Shown piece by piece: positions 47,250 through 57,353 of a DNA stretch of 64,000 nt (the first letter of the stretch is position 1; the number at the start of each line of letters is the position of its first letter). A program made the position numbers and the translations under genes. The notes beneath the pieces are model-generated. The model was not told where the DNA came from and did not search any database. It saw only the letters and a program-made list of their open reading frames with translations. This stretch comes from Alphaproteobacteria bacterium (GTDB lineage Bacteria; Pseudomonadota; Alphaproteobacteria; RF32; CAG-239): the NCBI GenBank assembly GCA_017546315.1, contig JAFYXH010000001.1, positions 8,247 through 72,246 on the forward strand. The letters are read 5' to 3'.

Positions 47250-48518
47250 TTAGAAACTAACTCCACAAGGATCGTTCATCACTTTACAAAAAAGAGTGTA
47301 GTATGTTTCGTTTTCATCTTCAGGAAACCACACTTTAAAAGCTTCTTTGTCTACTAAATCACTTACATCATTAAGTTTTTTAGCATCAATTTTCTTCAAC
47401 TTCCCTAAAAGACGTGTCATTTTGTTTTTTCCTGCTCTGGAAAAACTTTTATACAACGCTCCGCCATGGTTAAAACAAGGAACTTCTTCCAGAGGCATTA
47501 AAAAAGCTTTTTGTTTTTTGTGCTCGTTGTTTTGAACTTCTTCACTGTAAGCTTTTTCTTGAGCATCAACATTCTTTTTAGCAATTATAGGTAATGCTAC
47601 GGTGTTGATTGCTTCATCTAAGCCCGGAATAGATAATTCGACATCCACGCCATCACAACGTAAAAGATTCTTACGCATCAATTCAAAACTTGGTTTATCA
47701 AGACTTAATTCTCTTGCATTTTTACCAACGATTTGACCAACCAAATAGATATTACGAGACTGCAAATCTCGCATAATCCTTTTTAGCGTATTTCTTACTG
47801 CCCCACTAGATGGATCATTTTCCGGAAGATTAAATGCTTTGCAGTGAACTATATTCATAAGGTACACTGCTGGCAAATCTTCATCCATTTGGTTTGAACA
47901 TCCATCATTATCTTCTGCTAATTCTGAAGATGTTGCGGAGATAAACAATCTCGGAAGTGCGCTATTTTCACCTTGTTCAACCTCTTCTACTTCTTCAAAA
48001 GAAGAACAAAGAGTTTCGCTAGTTGCCGCACCTACAGGAGCTAGATTTTCATCTTGTATCTCTTGCACTTCCCCTTCTTTTGAAGGTCGCTCTTCTATTT
48101 TCTTTTCTTTTACAAAAGATACATTATCTTGTCGTAAAAGACGAGCACGAAGGATATCTGCAAACAAAACTCGATATTTTGATGCAAGAGCTTGCTCCAT
48201 TTGTTCAGCACTAGGGAGAATTTCAAAAAAACATGTTTTGACAATTTCTTCAACTTCATTACTTGCTAACAGAGCTGAGAAAAATACACTTTCTTTTCCA
48301 CATTCAAATGTCAAAGAAAGATGATCAAACGCCATCATCGGAACATTACCATTTTGGCGTTCATAAACACATTGAACAAACAACTCTTTGTATTGAGATT
48401 GAATTGCTTGATGCATTTGTTCTACACTTAGAGGATATTCCATAAAATACGCCTCAACAACACTTTTCACATCATTGCTACTAAGTAACAATGAGAAAAA
48501 ATCTAGCTCTTTTTTCAT
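47250..48518 (-). CDS. Hypothetical protein with a duplicated N-terminal ~55-aa motif
   Basis: FFSLLLSSNDVKSVVEAYFMEYPLSVEQMHQAIQSQYKELF and FFSALLASNEVEEIVKTCFFEILPSAEQMEQALASKYRVLF are internal repeats. No signal peptide and no family recognised. Confidence 0.6.
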   Translation of the reverse strand: MKKELDFFSLLLSSNDVKSVVEAYFMEYPLSVEQMHQAIQSQYKELFVQCVYERQNGNVPMMAFDHLSLTFECGKESVFFSALLASNEVEEIVKTCFFEILPSAEQMEQALASKYRVLFADILRARLLRQDNVSFVKEKKIEERPSKEGEVQEIQDENLAPVGAATSETLCSSFEEVEEVEQGENSALPRLFISATSSELAEDNDGCSNQMDEDLPAVYLMNIVHCKAFNLPENDPSSGAVRNTLKRIMRDLQSRNIYLVGQIVGKNARELSLDKPSFELMRKNLLRCDGVDVELSIPGLDEAINTVALPIIAKKNVDAQEKAYSEEVQNNEHKKQKAFLMPLEEVPCFNHGGALYKSFSRAGKNKMTRLLGKLKKIDAKKLNDVSDLVDKEAFKVWFPEDENETYYTLFCKVMNDPCGVSF

Positions 48519-48692
48519 TTTAGATTTTTTATTGATTAGTAAAATTGACTCTCATTGTGCAATATTCCTAATTTAACTTTAAAGCGATTATACAAATCAC
48601 TTACTCACAATTAGATAAACAAATAATTTACACAAATATTAAATCAACGGTTTAATTTGTATATCACTTCAAGATTATTGTCAAGTTTTTTG

Positions 48693-49685
48693 TCAAACAC
48701 TTAGTTTTGATTTTATCTTTTGAGCGATTTCATCATACGCTTTACTTTGCGGACAATCAGGAGATGACTGAGTTATAGGCATGCCTTGGTCTGAACTTTG
48801 GCGAATATCATAATGAAGAGGTATTTCACCTAAAAAATCAACCCCATACTTTATTGCAGTATTTTTTGCACCGTCATGACCAAATATATCTGCTCTTGAA
48901 CCACATTTTTCACATATATAATAGCTCATATTCTCAACAATACCAAGGACTGGAACTCCTATTTTATTAAAAAGGTTTATCCCTTTTATTGCATCTATTA
49001 GAGCAATATCTTGCGGAGTAGATACAACAACTGCTCCTGTAAAGGCAACCTTTTGTGACATTGTAATCTGTATATCACCTGTTCCTGGAGGCATATCTAT
49101 AATCATAACATCAATATCTTTCCAATTTGTTCCGGTTAGAAGCTGCTCTATTGCTCCGCAAGCCTTAGCTCCTCGCCAGATAAGAGCTGTATCTTCTTTA
49201 ATCAAACTACCGATTGACATTGATGCAATTCCACATTCCATAAATGGCTCAAAAGTTTTTCCATCTAATGATATTGGAGATATATTCTTATACCCCAACA
49301 TTGTAGGTATCGATGGGCCATAAATATCTGCATCAAATAGAGCTACTTTATAACCATGATTTGCTAAAGATAATGCTATATTTACAGAAGTTGTTGATTT
49401 TCCGACCCCTCCTTTACCTGAAGATACTGCTATAATATGTTTTACACCTTTTATTTGCCACTTTTCATCTTCTTTTGATTGTTCTTTTTTATCTTTTATA
49501 AAGGCTATTGTCGTTTTTATGTCTTTATAAGTATAAGATAGTTCGTCCTTAATTGCTTGTTCTTTAATTTTATTTTCTTCTGCTCTAATACTTATAATCA
49601 GTCGATTAGATATTTGTTTTATTGATATTTCATTCGCATCAAAGTACTTTTTTACAATACATTCTATATCTTTTATGCTTAACAT
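48693..49685 (-). CDS. apbC: Fe-S cluster carrier ATPase Mrp/ApbC (NBP35 family)
   Basis: Deviant Walker A SGKGGVGKST, MPPGTGD and CEKCG (CxxC). Confidence 0.92.
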   Translation of the reverse strand: MLSIKDIECIVKKYFDANEISIKQISNRLIISIRAEENKIKEQAIKDELSYTYKDIKTTIAFIKDKKEQSKEDEKWQIKGVKHIIAVSSGKGGVGKSTTSVNIALSLANHGYKVALFDADIYGPSIPTMLGYKNISPISLDGKTFEPFMECGIASMSIGSLIKEDTALIWRGAKACGAIEQLLTGTNWKDIDVMIIDMPPGTGDIQITMSQKVAFTGAVVVSTPQDIALIDAIKGINLFNKIGVPVLGIVENMSYYICEKCGSRADIFGHDGAKNTAIKYGVDFLGEIPLHYDIRQSSDQGMPITQSSPDCPQSKAYDEIAQKIKSKLSV

Positions 49686-49812
49686 ATATTATTCCTCAAT
49701 GTGGATATTATTTATTCTATATTGTTTTTATACAAGGTTTGTATTATTTTTCCATAAAAATATATTGAATTGATGCAATTTTATTTAATTTAAGCTTTCG
49801 AGGTTTTTATTT

Positions 49813-50841
49813 ATGATGAAAAATAATGATACTTTTAGTATTAACCCTTGGGATACATCTGAAGATTTATCATCAAAGCCAAAGGTTATTGATTTCACAA
49901 CAAAGATTACAAAAATGAATAATTCAAAAGATAATTTTGATGGATTTTATAAGATAATACTTTTTATCTTTGTTTTTTTATGGTTAGTTTCTGGCTTTTA
50001 TCAAGTTCAACCAAGTGAAGAAGGTGTTGTTTTAAGACTTGGTAAACATATTTATACTACAGGAGCTGGTTTACACTATCATCTTCCACATCCTTTTGAA
50101 TCTGTTTATATTGTTGATGTTTCTAAAGAAAGAAGTATCAATCTTGGCGTTAGTGAATATGGATATGAAACAAAAGAATCTATCAATGAATTTACTGAAA
50201 GCCATATGTTGACAGGTGATGAAAACATTGTTGATATTAACCTTACAGTTGTTTGGAATATCAAAAATGCTAATGACTTTTTATTTAAGACTAGAACACC
50301 TGATTTGACCGTAAAAGTTGCTGCTCAATCTGTTTTGAGAGAAATTATCGGTCAAACAAAAATGGAAGATATCATTACTGGCGATAGAGACAAAATCGAA
50401 AACGACACAAAGAAAGAGCTACAAGCTCTACTTGATGGCTTTCAAACCGGTGTTAATGTTGTGCGTGTAAAATTACAAAAAGCGGACCCTCCAAAACAAG
50501 TTGTTGATGCCTTTAACGAAGTTCAGAGAGCTAAAACTGATGCAGAAAGATTTAAAAATGAAGCAGAAGCTTATGCTAATGAAATTTTACCTAAAGCACA
50601 GGGTGAAGCTATTAAAAGAAAGCAAGAAGCTGAAGCCTACAAAGAAGCAGCTATAAGCAAAGCTGAAGGTGAAGCAAAACGTTTTTCTTCTGTATATAAC
50701 GCATACAAAACAGGTAAACTTGTAACTTCTAAAAGATTATATATTGAAACAATGGAAAGTATATTATCAAAGACCAAGAATGTTATTATGGAAGCTGGTG
50801 ATAAAAGCTCAAATATGATGCCAATTTTACCATTGAAATAG
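49813..50841 (+). CDS. hflK: FtsH protease modulator HflK
   Basis: N-terminal TM plus an SPFH/band-7 domain, an Ala/Glu/Lys-rich coiled coil (EAEAYANEILPKAQGEA), and hflC downstream. Confidence 0.9.
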   Translation: MMKNNDTFSINPWDTSEDLSSKPKVIDFTTKITKMNNSKDNFDGFYKIILFIFVFLWLVSGFYQVQPSEEGVVLRLGKHIYTTGAGLHYHLPHPFESVYIVDVSKERSINLGVSEYGYETKESINEFTESHMLTGDENIVDINLTVVWNIKNANDFLFKTRTPDLTVKVAAQSVLREIIGQTKMEDIITGDRDKIENDTKKELQALLDGFQTGVNVVRVKLQKADPPKQVVDAFNEVQRAKTDAERFKNEAEAYANEILPKAQGEAIKRKQEAEAYKEAAISKAEGEAKRFSSVYNAYKTGKLVTSKRLYIETMESILSKTKNVIMEAGDKSSNMMPILPLK

Positions 50842-50859
50842 AGATTTGGAGTTAATGAG

Positions 50860-51720
50860 ATGAAGAAGAATTTACATAAAATTTTAATAGGTATTTTTGT
50901 TTTATTTATTATTGGAGCACAGTCCTTTTATATTGTTATGCAACCAGAACAAGCTATTGTTTTACAATTTGGTGACCCTGTTAGACTCATACAAAATCCC
51001 GGATTGAAACTCAAAGTACCTTTTATTCAAAATGTTATATTTTATGATAAAAGATTACTCAACCTAGAGCCTCCAGCTCAGGAAGTTGTATTAAAAGATA
51101 AAAAGCGTTTAGACGTTGATACTTTTTCTAGATACAAGATAGTTGAGCCTCTAACTTTTTACAAAACCGTAAAAACAGAATATCAAGCACAGAATCGTTT
51201 ACAAGAAATTGTAAACTCTTCAGCTAGAAATGTTTTGGCAACAGTTACACTACATGAGCTTTTATCTGAAAAAAGAACAGAAATAATGAAAAGAATAAGC
51301 GAGGCTGTGAAACAAGATGCATCTCAAATTGGTGTTGAAGTTGCTGACGTTAGAATTAGACGTGCAGACCTTCCAATAGAAGTGTCTCAAGCAATTAACG
51401 ATAGAATGAAAACAGAGCGTATTAGAGAAGCAAAAGGCTACAGAGCAGATGGAGAAAAAAAAGCACAAGAAATCAGAGCAACTGCTGAAAAAGAAGCCAC
51501 AATTACGGTTGCAAATGCAGAAAAAGAAGCTCAACAAATAAAAGGTGAAGGTGACAAAGTTGCAACAGAAATTTGGAATAACGCTACTAGTGTTGACCCT
51601 GATTTTTATGCTTTTTATAGAACTCTTGAGGCGTATAGAAAATCTTTCAAAGAAGACACCTCTGTTGTTCTTGCTCCTGAAGGCGAATTTTTTAGTTATT
51701 TTGGAAAATCATTAAAATAA
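50860..51720 (+). CDS. hflC: FtsH protease modulator HflC
   Basis: TM plus an SPFH domain, 286 aa, immediately after hflK. Confidence 0.9.
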   Translation: MKKNLHKILIGIFVLFIIGAQSFYIVMQPEQAIVLQFGDPVRLIQNPGLKLKVPFIQNVIFYDKRLLNLEPPAQEVVLKDKKRLDVDTFSRYKIVEPLTFYKTVKTEYQAQNRLQEIVNSSARNVLATVTLHELLSEKRTEIMKRISEAVKQDASQIGVEVADVRIRRADLPIEVSQAINDRMKTERIREAKGYRADGEKKAQEIRATAEKEATITVANAEKEAQQIKGEGDKVATEIWNNATSVDPDFYAFYRTLEAYRKSFKEDTSVVLAPEGEFFSYFGKSLK

Positions 51721-51726
51721 GGCTAT

Positions 51727-53070
51727 ATGATGAGAAAACTACTTTTAATTACTGTTTTATCATTACTCCCATATGAAGCATTATCTTTTCAATCTTATGC
51801 AGATTTGGTTGAAAATTTAATGCCTTCGGTTGTCAACATTTCCTCACAAAAGGAGATGATTGAGAATGAGGATATTGAGAATGTTATGCTAAACCCTGAA
51901 TTAAGAGGAAGAGATACTTTAGGATCTGGATTTTTCGTAAGAAATGATGGGCACATTCTTACTAATGCACATGTAATTAAAGGAGCTAAAAAAATATCTA
52001 TCATAACAAATGACAACAAGAGTTTTGATGCAAAAATCGTTGGTATTGATAATGCCAGCGATTTAGCAGTTCTTAAGATTGAGGATGAGAATCCATCTAA
52101 TAAATTTAAGGCTATTGTTTTTGGGAATGCTAATGAGAGCAGAATCGGAGACATTGTCTTAACATTTGGCAACCCTTATGGTCTTGGCGTTAGTGTTTCT
52201 CAGGGTATTATCTCTGCTAAGTCAAGAAACATAGGCCTTAATGAGCAACAGTATTTACAAACAGATGCAGCAATAAACCAAGGAAATTCAGGTGGTCCTA
52301 TGTTTAATACCGAAGGTGAGGTTATTGGTGTTAATTCCGCTATATTCACAATGGAAGGAGCTAGTGGAGTTGGATTTTCACTCCCATCTAATATTGCAAA
52401 TTGGGTTGCAGATCAATTGATTAAACATGGTAAAGTAAAAAGAGGTTGGATTGGCATAAAAGTTGCTAACGGCATAGACCGTTTTACAGAAAAACCTGGT
52501 TTTGTTATAACCGAAATAAACGAATCTTCTAACGCCTATAAAGAAGGACTTAGAGTTGGGGATGTTATCATCTCTTACAATGACACACCCGCTGAAGACT
52601 TAGCTGACTTCAACCACCTAACAGAAACTATGGATGCAAACCAAGAATTAAAAATAAAATTCTTAAGCTACGGAGAAGAGGCTAGTAGTATAATTAAAAT
52701 TCAAGAAATGCCAGAAAAAGAACTAAAAAATATAACCAATAAAGCTCTAGCTGAAAATGCTTTAAGAAATATAAAAAACACCTTAGGCGAGGCTTATTAT
52801 ATATCTGAATTTGGAATTACAGTTAAAGAAGCTGAAACTAGAGGTCTTGCGATAGTAAAAATTGATAGACGTTCTATCCTTAAAAACACAGGAATTTCAG
52901 AAGGTGATATAATTTTGGAAGCTGATAGAAGCGACATATATAGTGTTGACAATTTATTAGAAAACATAAGAAATGCTATTGTTGATGACTATAGACCAAT
53001 TTCTTTACTCATTCAAGGAGTTGATAATACTTTCTTTGCAACAGTTGAAATGGTGGCTCAAAATGACTAG
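51727..53070 (+). CDS. htrA: Periplasmic serine endoprotease DegP/HtrA family
   Basis: Signal peptide, trypsin-like triad context (TNAHV, DLAVLKI, GNSGGPMF), and two PDZ-like regions. Confidence 0.92.
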   Translation: MMRKLLLITVLSLLPYEALSFQSYADLVENLMPSVVNISSQKEMIENEDIENVMLNPELRGRDTLGSGFFVRNDGHILTNAHVIKGAKKISIITNDNKSFDAKIVGIDNASDLAVLKIEDENPSNKFKAIVFGNANESRIGDIVLTFGNPYGLGVSVSQGIISAKSRNIGLNEQQYLQTDAAINQGNSGGPMFNTEGEVIGVNSAIFTMEGASGVGFSLPSNIANWVADQLIKHGKVKRGWIGIKVANGIDRFTEKPGFVITEINESSNAYKEGLRVGDVIISYNDTPAEDLADFNHLTETMDANQELKIKFLSYGEEASSIIKIQEMPEKELKNITNKALAENALRNIKNTLGEAYYISEFGITVKEAETRGLAIVKIDRRSILKNTGISEGDIILEADRSDIYSVDNLLENIRNAIVDDYRPISLLIQGVDNTFFATVEMVAQND

Positions 53071-53518
53071 ATTTGATTTTTATCATTTGCAAAAAACACC
53101 TCTTGAAGAAGTTTTACCAAAGCTTACAGAAAAGGCTTTTGCAACCGGTAAAAGAATTAAAATTTTAGTAGGAAATGAAGAAAGGGTTGAATTTATAAAC
53201 ACTTTACTTTGGACATACAGCGAAGAATCCTTTTTGCCACATGGAAGCAAAAAAGACGGCTTTGCTGAAGAGCAACCTATTTTCATTTCTTCTGATATAA
53301 AAAACGAAAATAACGCATTATTACTAATTTTGGTTGATGGAGCAACTCCTGACGTATCATACTTCAAAGACTACGAAAGAGTTATGAATATTTTTGATGG
53401 AAATGATGAGGACGCTCTCGAAAAAGCTAGATCTTTTTGGAAAAATATAAAATCATTAAATGAAGAACTTCATTATTGGCAACAACGTAGTAACGGAACT
53501 TTTGAACAAAAAGTTTAG
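53063..53518 (+). CDS. holC: DNA polymerase III subunit chi
   Basis: MTRFDFYHLQKTPLEEVLPKLTEKAFATGKRIKIL...LWTYSEESFLPHG is the HolC pattern. The ATG at 53063 overlaps the htrA stop. Confidence 0.88.
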   Translation: MTRFDFYHLQKTPLEEVLPKLTEKAFATGKRIKILVGNEERVEFINTLLWTYSEESFLPHGSKKDGFAEEQPIFISSDIKNENNALLLILVDGATPDVSYFKDYERVMNIFDGNDEDALEKARSFWKNIKSLNEELHYWQQRSNGTFEQKV

Positions 53519-53634
53519 TGAATTCTCAATGCAAAAAATTTGCACCTTAAGGCGTGCAATAAAATATACTTGATTTTTTATTATTTTAGTGCTATTGGGT
53601 GGAGTGCATATTTTATTTTAAAGGAGCAAAAAAC

Positions 53635-54621
53635 ATGCTAGGTTCATCTGCACAGTTATTTAATTATGATGACTTAAAACACGCTATGGAAACTATTGAT
53701 AGAGAAATAGAGACATTAAGCATTTTAAAAAGCAGTCTTAATGAAACATTATCTCAAGCTCTTGATTTGTTACAAGGCACTAAAGGTAGAGTTATTATAA
53801 CTGGTATGGGAAAATCTGGTCATATTGGTAAAAAGATGGCTGCAACATTTTCTTCTACTGGAACAGTATCATTTTTCGTGCATCCAGCAGAAGCAAGCCA
53901 CGGTGATTTGGGTATGATATCTAATGATGATGTTATAATTGCAATATCAAATAGTGGAGAATCGAGAGAATTATCTGATATTCTTATGTATGCAAGAAGA
54001 CACAATGTGCCTTTGATTGCTATAACAAAAAATCCTGAAAGTACACTTGGCAAGAACGCATCTATTGTTTTGAAGCTCCCTAACAATGGTGAGGCCTGCC
54101 CTCTTGGTTTAGCTCCGACTTCTTCTACAACTGCAACAATTGTTTTGGGTGATGTATTAGCTGTAAACCTTATTTATAGAAGAGGTTTTTCTGCATCTGA
54201 CTTTAGACAACGCCACCCAGGAGGTAAATTAGGTGCGGTATTGTGTAGAGTATCTGACATTATGCATAAAGGTAATGAAATACCACTTCTTAAAGATGAT
54301 GCCATTATGCAAGATGCTTTTTTAACTATGAGCGAAAAAATGCTCGGTTGCGTAGGTATTGTTGATAGCAACGGCGAACTTATTGGAATTATTACTGATG
54401 GTGACTTAAGACGCAAAATGTCCCCTGCTTTGATTACAGAAAGAGTTGTAGATGTTATGTCTAAGAACCCCAAAGTAATCAACAAAGATGCTTTAATTGT
54501 TGATGCTGTTAATATAATGAATAACACAGGACGTGGTATCACAAATTTATTTGTAGTAGAAAACAACAAACCAATTGGTATTGTTCACATTCATGATTGT
54601 CTTAAAGCTGGAGTAGCTTAG
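53635..54621 (+). CDS. kdsD: Arabinose-5-phosphate isomerase (SIS + tandem CBS)
   Basis: GMGKSGHIGKKMAATFSSTG, ISNSGES, and C-terminal CBS pairs. ATG at 53635 with an AAGGAG RBS. Confidence 0.92.
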   Translation: MLGSSAQLFNYDDLKHAMETIDREIETLSILKSSLNETLSQALDLLQGTKGRVIITGMGKSGHIGKKMAATFSSTGTVSFFVHPAEASHGDLGMISNDDVIIAISNSGESRELSDILMYARRHNVPLIAITKNPESTLGKNASIVLKLPNNGEACPLGLAPTSSTTATIVLGDVLAVNLIYRRGFSASDFRQRHPGGKLGAVLCRVSDIMHKGNEIPLLKDDAIMQDAFLTMSEKMLGCVGIVDSNGELIGIITDGDLRRKMSPALITERVVDVMSKNPKVINKDALIVDAVNIMNNTGRGITNLFVVENNKPIGIVHIHDCLKAGVA

Positions 54622-54623
54622 TA

Positions 54624-55928
54624 TTGTTCGAGACTCGCAAAATTGATAGTTTTTTTAGCGGTGAAAGGAACTTTTTCGAGGAAGAGGAGAAGAGTTTTAT
54701 TAGCTGTAGAACTAAAGTTGTTCGCTTTTTCAAATTGTTCTTACCTTGTTTAACTGCTATGCTTCTAGGACTTGGAGTTGCTTTGTTTGATTTCAACTCA
54801 TCAACTTCATCGTCTTTGCCAATTGCGAATGAAGAACAATTATATTTTGAGAAATTTAGAATAAAAAATACAGTCTTTGAGATAACAGAAAAAGATAATC
54901 AGTTTAGCGTGCTTAAAGCTGATGAAGTTGAAGAAAAAAATGCGGGTGAAAAAATTTATGATTTAAAAAAACCTGATGCCCAGACATTTGACAACGGAAA
55001 AGTAATAACTTTGAAATCAATTCATGGTTCTTATGATCAAAACAAAAAGTTGTTATATCTATCAAACAAAGTAGAAGCTGATTACAACAAACAACTACTT
55101 ATTAAAACTGAGACTATAACATATAATTTTTCTAGTGAATCAGGTTTTGGAAACAATAAAATTTTGGGTACTGGTGATAAGGGAAGCTTTGTTTCTGATA
55201 GGTTTACTTTCAACAAGAAGGATGGCACAATAACTCTTATTGGCAATGTTGAAATTTATGATGATGCAATAAAATTAACCACACCTGATAAAGCAACATT
55301 ATATTCAAATGATAACAAAATGGTTGCGCACAATGCTATTGTTTTGAAAGGTAAAGATAAATTAAAAGGTGATACATTAACCATCTTTTTCAAAGACAAC
55401 AAAAACTTTGAAATAGAGAAAGCATTAAGTGTTGGGAATACAGAAATCCACTCTGAAGGAAAAATTGCCTTTGCTGATAGAGGTGAATATTTAGCAGATA
55501 AAAAGCTCACTTATCTTTATGATAATGTAAAAATCAAAGACGGAAATGGATATACTGCCTTAGCTGAAAATGCAGTATATGATTTTAGTAAGAAAGACTT
55601 TACTTTGAATAACAAAGTAAAGATTGTAAAACAAAATAATACTGCAACAGCAGATAAAGCTATTTATTATCAAAATAAAGATGAATTTCACTTTTTGGGA
55701 AATGTAAAAATCAATCAACAAGGAACAACTGTTTCTGCTAAAAAAGGTATATATTTTGTTAAAAGAAATGTTGTTGAGCTATTTAATGATGTTGTAATTA
55801 CAAAAAATGGAAATATTGTTAGAGGAGATAAAGCTGTTTCAGACTTTAATACCTCAAAAAGTAAGCTAATAGCACAAAGAGGCGGAAGAATTTCAGGAAA
55901 ACTGATAGAAAGTAAACTTAAAGATTAG
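54624..55928 (+). CDS. Apparent LptC-LptA fusion protein (membrane-anchored OstA/LptA-like beta-jellyroll repeats)
   Basis: It is the only ORF between kdsD and lptB. It has an N-terminal TM (FKLFLPCLTAMLLGLGVALF) as in LptC, then ~380 aa of OstA-like repeats (..LIGNVEIYDD.., ..LKGDTLTIFF.., ..ADRGEYL.., ..ADKAIYY.., ..FLGNVKINQ..). That is about the summed length of LptC and LptA. TTG start. Confidence 0.6.
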   Translation: MFETRKIDSFFSGERNFFEEEEKSFISCRTKVVRFFKLFLPCLTAMLLGLGVALFDFNSSTSSSLPIANEEQLYFEKFRIKNTVFEITEKDNQFSVLKADEVEEKNAGEKIYDLKKPDAQTFDNGKVITLKSIHGSYDQNKKLLYLSNKVEADYNKQLLIKTETITYNFSSESGFGNNKILGTGDKGSFVSDRFTFNKKDGTITLIGNVEIYDDAIKLTTPDKATLYSNDNKMVAHNAIVLKGKDKLKGDTLTIFFKDNKNFEIEKALSVGNTEIHSEGKIAFADRGEYLADKKLTYLYDNVKIKDGNGYTALAENAVYDFSKKDFTLNNKVKIVKQNNTATADKAIYYQNKDEFHFLGNVKINQQGTTVSAKKGIYFVKRNVVELFNDVVITKNGNIVRGDKAVSDFNTSKSKLIAQRGGRISGKLIESKLKD

Positions 55929-55939
55929 TGAGGTTTGAG

Positions 55940-56686
55940 ATGGCTACGGGGGTAAGCATAGAAAATTCTTTATTAGAAGTTTTCAACATTGGCAAAAAAT
56001 ACAAGAATCGTAATGTATTAAGAAATGTTTCATTAAACGTTAAGCGTGGAGAAGCTGTTGGATTATTAGGTCCTAATGGTGCTGGTAAAACAACATGTTT
56101 TTATTGTGTTACAGGACTTATAACTCCTGACTATGGTGATGTTCATATTGATGGACAAGATATAACTTATATGCCGATGTATAAAAGAGCTCGTTTAGGA
56201 ATCGGGTATTTACCTCAGGAAGCATCAATTTTCAGAAATTTAAGTGTTGAAGATAACATCAATGCAGTTTTAGAAATTGTTATTGATGACAAAGAAAAAA
56301 GAAGACAAATGCTTGAAGAATTATTGAGAGATTTTTCAATCGAGCATTTAAGAAAATCTCCATCTATAGCCCTATCTGGAGGTGAAAGAAGAAGACTAGA
56401 AATTGCTAGAGCTTTAGCAGGACAGCCTAATTACATCTTACTGGATGAACCTTTGGCCGGTATTGACCCAATTGCTGTTGGCGAAATTAGAGAACTTGTT
56501 TCTCAATTAAAAAACAGAGGTCTAGGTGTTTTGATTACAGATCATAACGTAAGGGAGACATTGGATATTATTGATAGAGCATATATATTGCATGGAGGCT
56601 CTGTTCTTATGGAAGGAACACCGGAAGAGATTGTTGCAAGTGAAGAAGTTAGAAAAGTTTATTTAGGTGATAATTTTTCGATATAA
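55940..56686 (+). CDS. lptB: LPS export ABC transporter ATP-binding protein LptB
   Basis: [24 protein letters not shown] and ILLDEP. It occupies the canonical position. The alternative GTG start is at 55928. Confidence 0.95.
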   Translation: MATGVSIENSLLEVFNIGKKYKNRNVLRNVSLNVKRGEAVGLLGPNGAGKTTCFYCVTGLITPDYGDVHIDGQDITYMPMYKRARLGIGYLPQEASIFRNLSVEDNINAVLEIVIDDKEKRRQMLEELLRDFSIEHLRKSPSIALSGGERRRLEIARALAGQPNYILLDEPLAGIDPIAVGEIRELVSQLKNRGLGVLITDHNVRETLDIIDRAYILHGGSVLMEGTPEEIVASEEVRKVYLGDNFSI

Positions 56687-56701
56687 GAACGGCTTTTTTG
56701 T

Positions 56702-56731
56702 TTGACTTTTTATAAGAATTTAAAATATAAT
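56702..56731 (+). promoter_or_regulatory. Sigma-70-type promoter candidate upstream of hpf-ptsN
   Basis: TTGACT (56702-56707), an 18-nt spacer, then TATAAT (56726-56731), ~38 nt before the hpf ATG. Confidence 0.5.
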
Positions 56732-56768
56732 TTAATCAGAAAAACAGTAATATTAGAAGGGATATCAA

Positions 56769-57335
56769 ATGAAAGTTACATTCTCAGGAAAACAAGTTGA
56801 TGTTAGCGAAAAATTACGCAGACATGTTGAGGATGCTGTTGTTGCATCTGTAGAAAAATATTTTAGTGCCCCAATTAGTTGTTCTGTGGCTTTTTCTAAA
56901 GAAGGAGAAGATTTTGGAGCTGAAATTACAGTTCACCCAGCTAAAAATATCGTTTTAAAAGGTAGCGGTTCTGCTGCTGATCCTTATTCTGCATTTGATA
57001 ATGCGAATGCACATATCGCAACTCGTTTACGCCGTCACAAAACAAAACTTAGCGCTCACAAGAGCAAAGTTGGTTTGGCTGAATTGGCATATGAAGCTAT
57101 TTTACCATTAGTTGAAGAAAATGATGAAGTTGTTGTTAATGAAGATGCTCCATTGACTATTGCTGAGACTGATGCAAATATTCCAGTATGCACTGTAAGC
57201 GAAGCTGTTATGTATATGGATTTAAGCAACGAAAGTGCTATTATGTTTAGAAATAGTGCAAACAACCATATCAGCATGGTATATCGTCGTAAAGATGGTA
57301 ATATCGGTTGGGTTGAACCAAAAGCTGATAACTAA
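56769..57335 (+). CDS. hpf: Ribosome hibernation-promoting factor (long form)
   Basis: 188 aa with an N-terminal S30AE/YfiA-like domain plus a C-terminal dimerisation domain (..MVYRRKDGNIGWVEP). Confidence 0.9.
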   Translation: MKVTFSGKQVDVSEKLRRHVEDAVVASVEKYFSAPISCSVAFSKEGEDFGAEITVHPAKNIVLKGSGSAADPYSAFDNANAHIATRLRRHKTKLSAHKSKVGLAELAYEAILPLVEENDEVVVNEDAPLTIAETDANIPVCTVSEAVMYMDLSNESAIMFRNSANNHISMVYRRKDGNIGWVEPKADN

Positions 57336-57353
57336 ATTTAAGGAATTTGACTT

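Noticed and set aside
53519-53634. A weak hairpin (ttgcac-cttaaggc-gtgcaa) after holC as a terminator.
   Set aside because: The stem is only 6 bp with no T-run, which is too weak to annotate.
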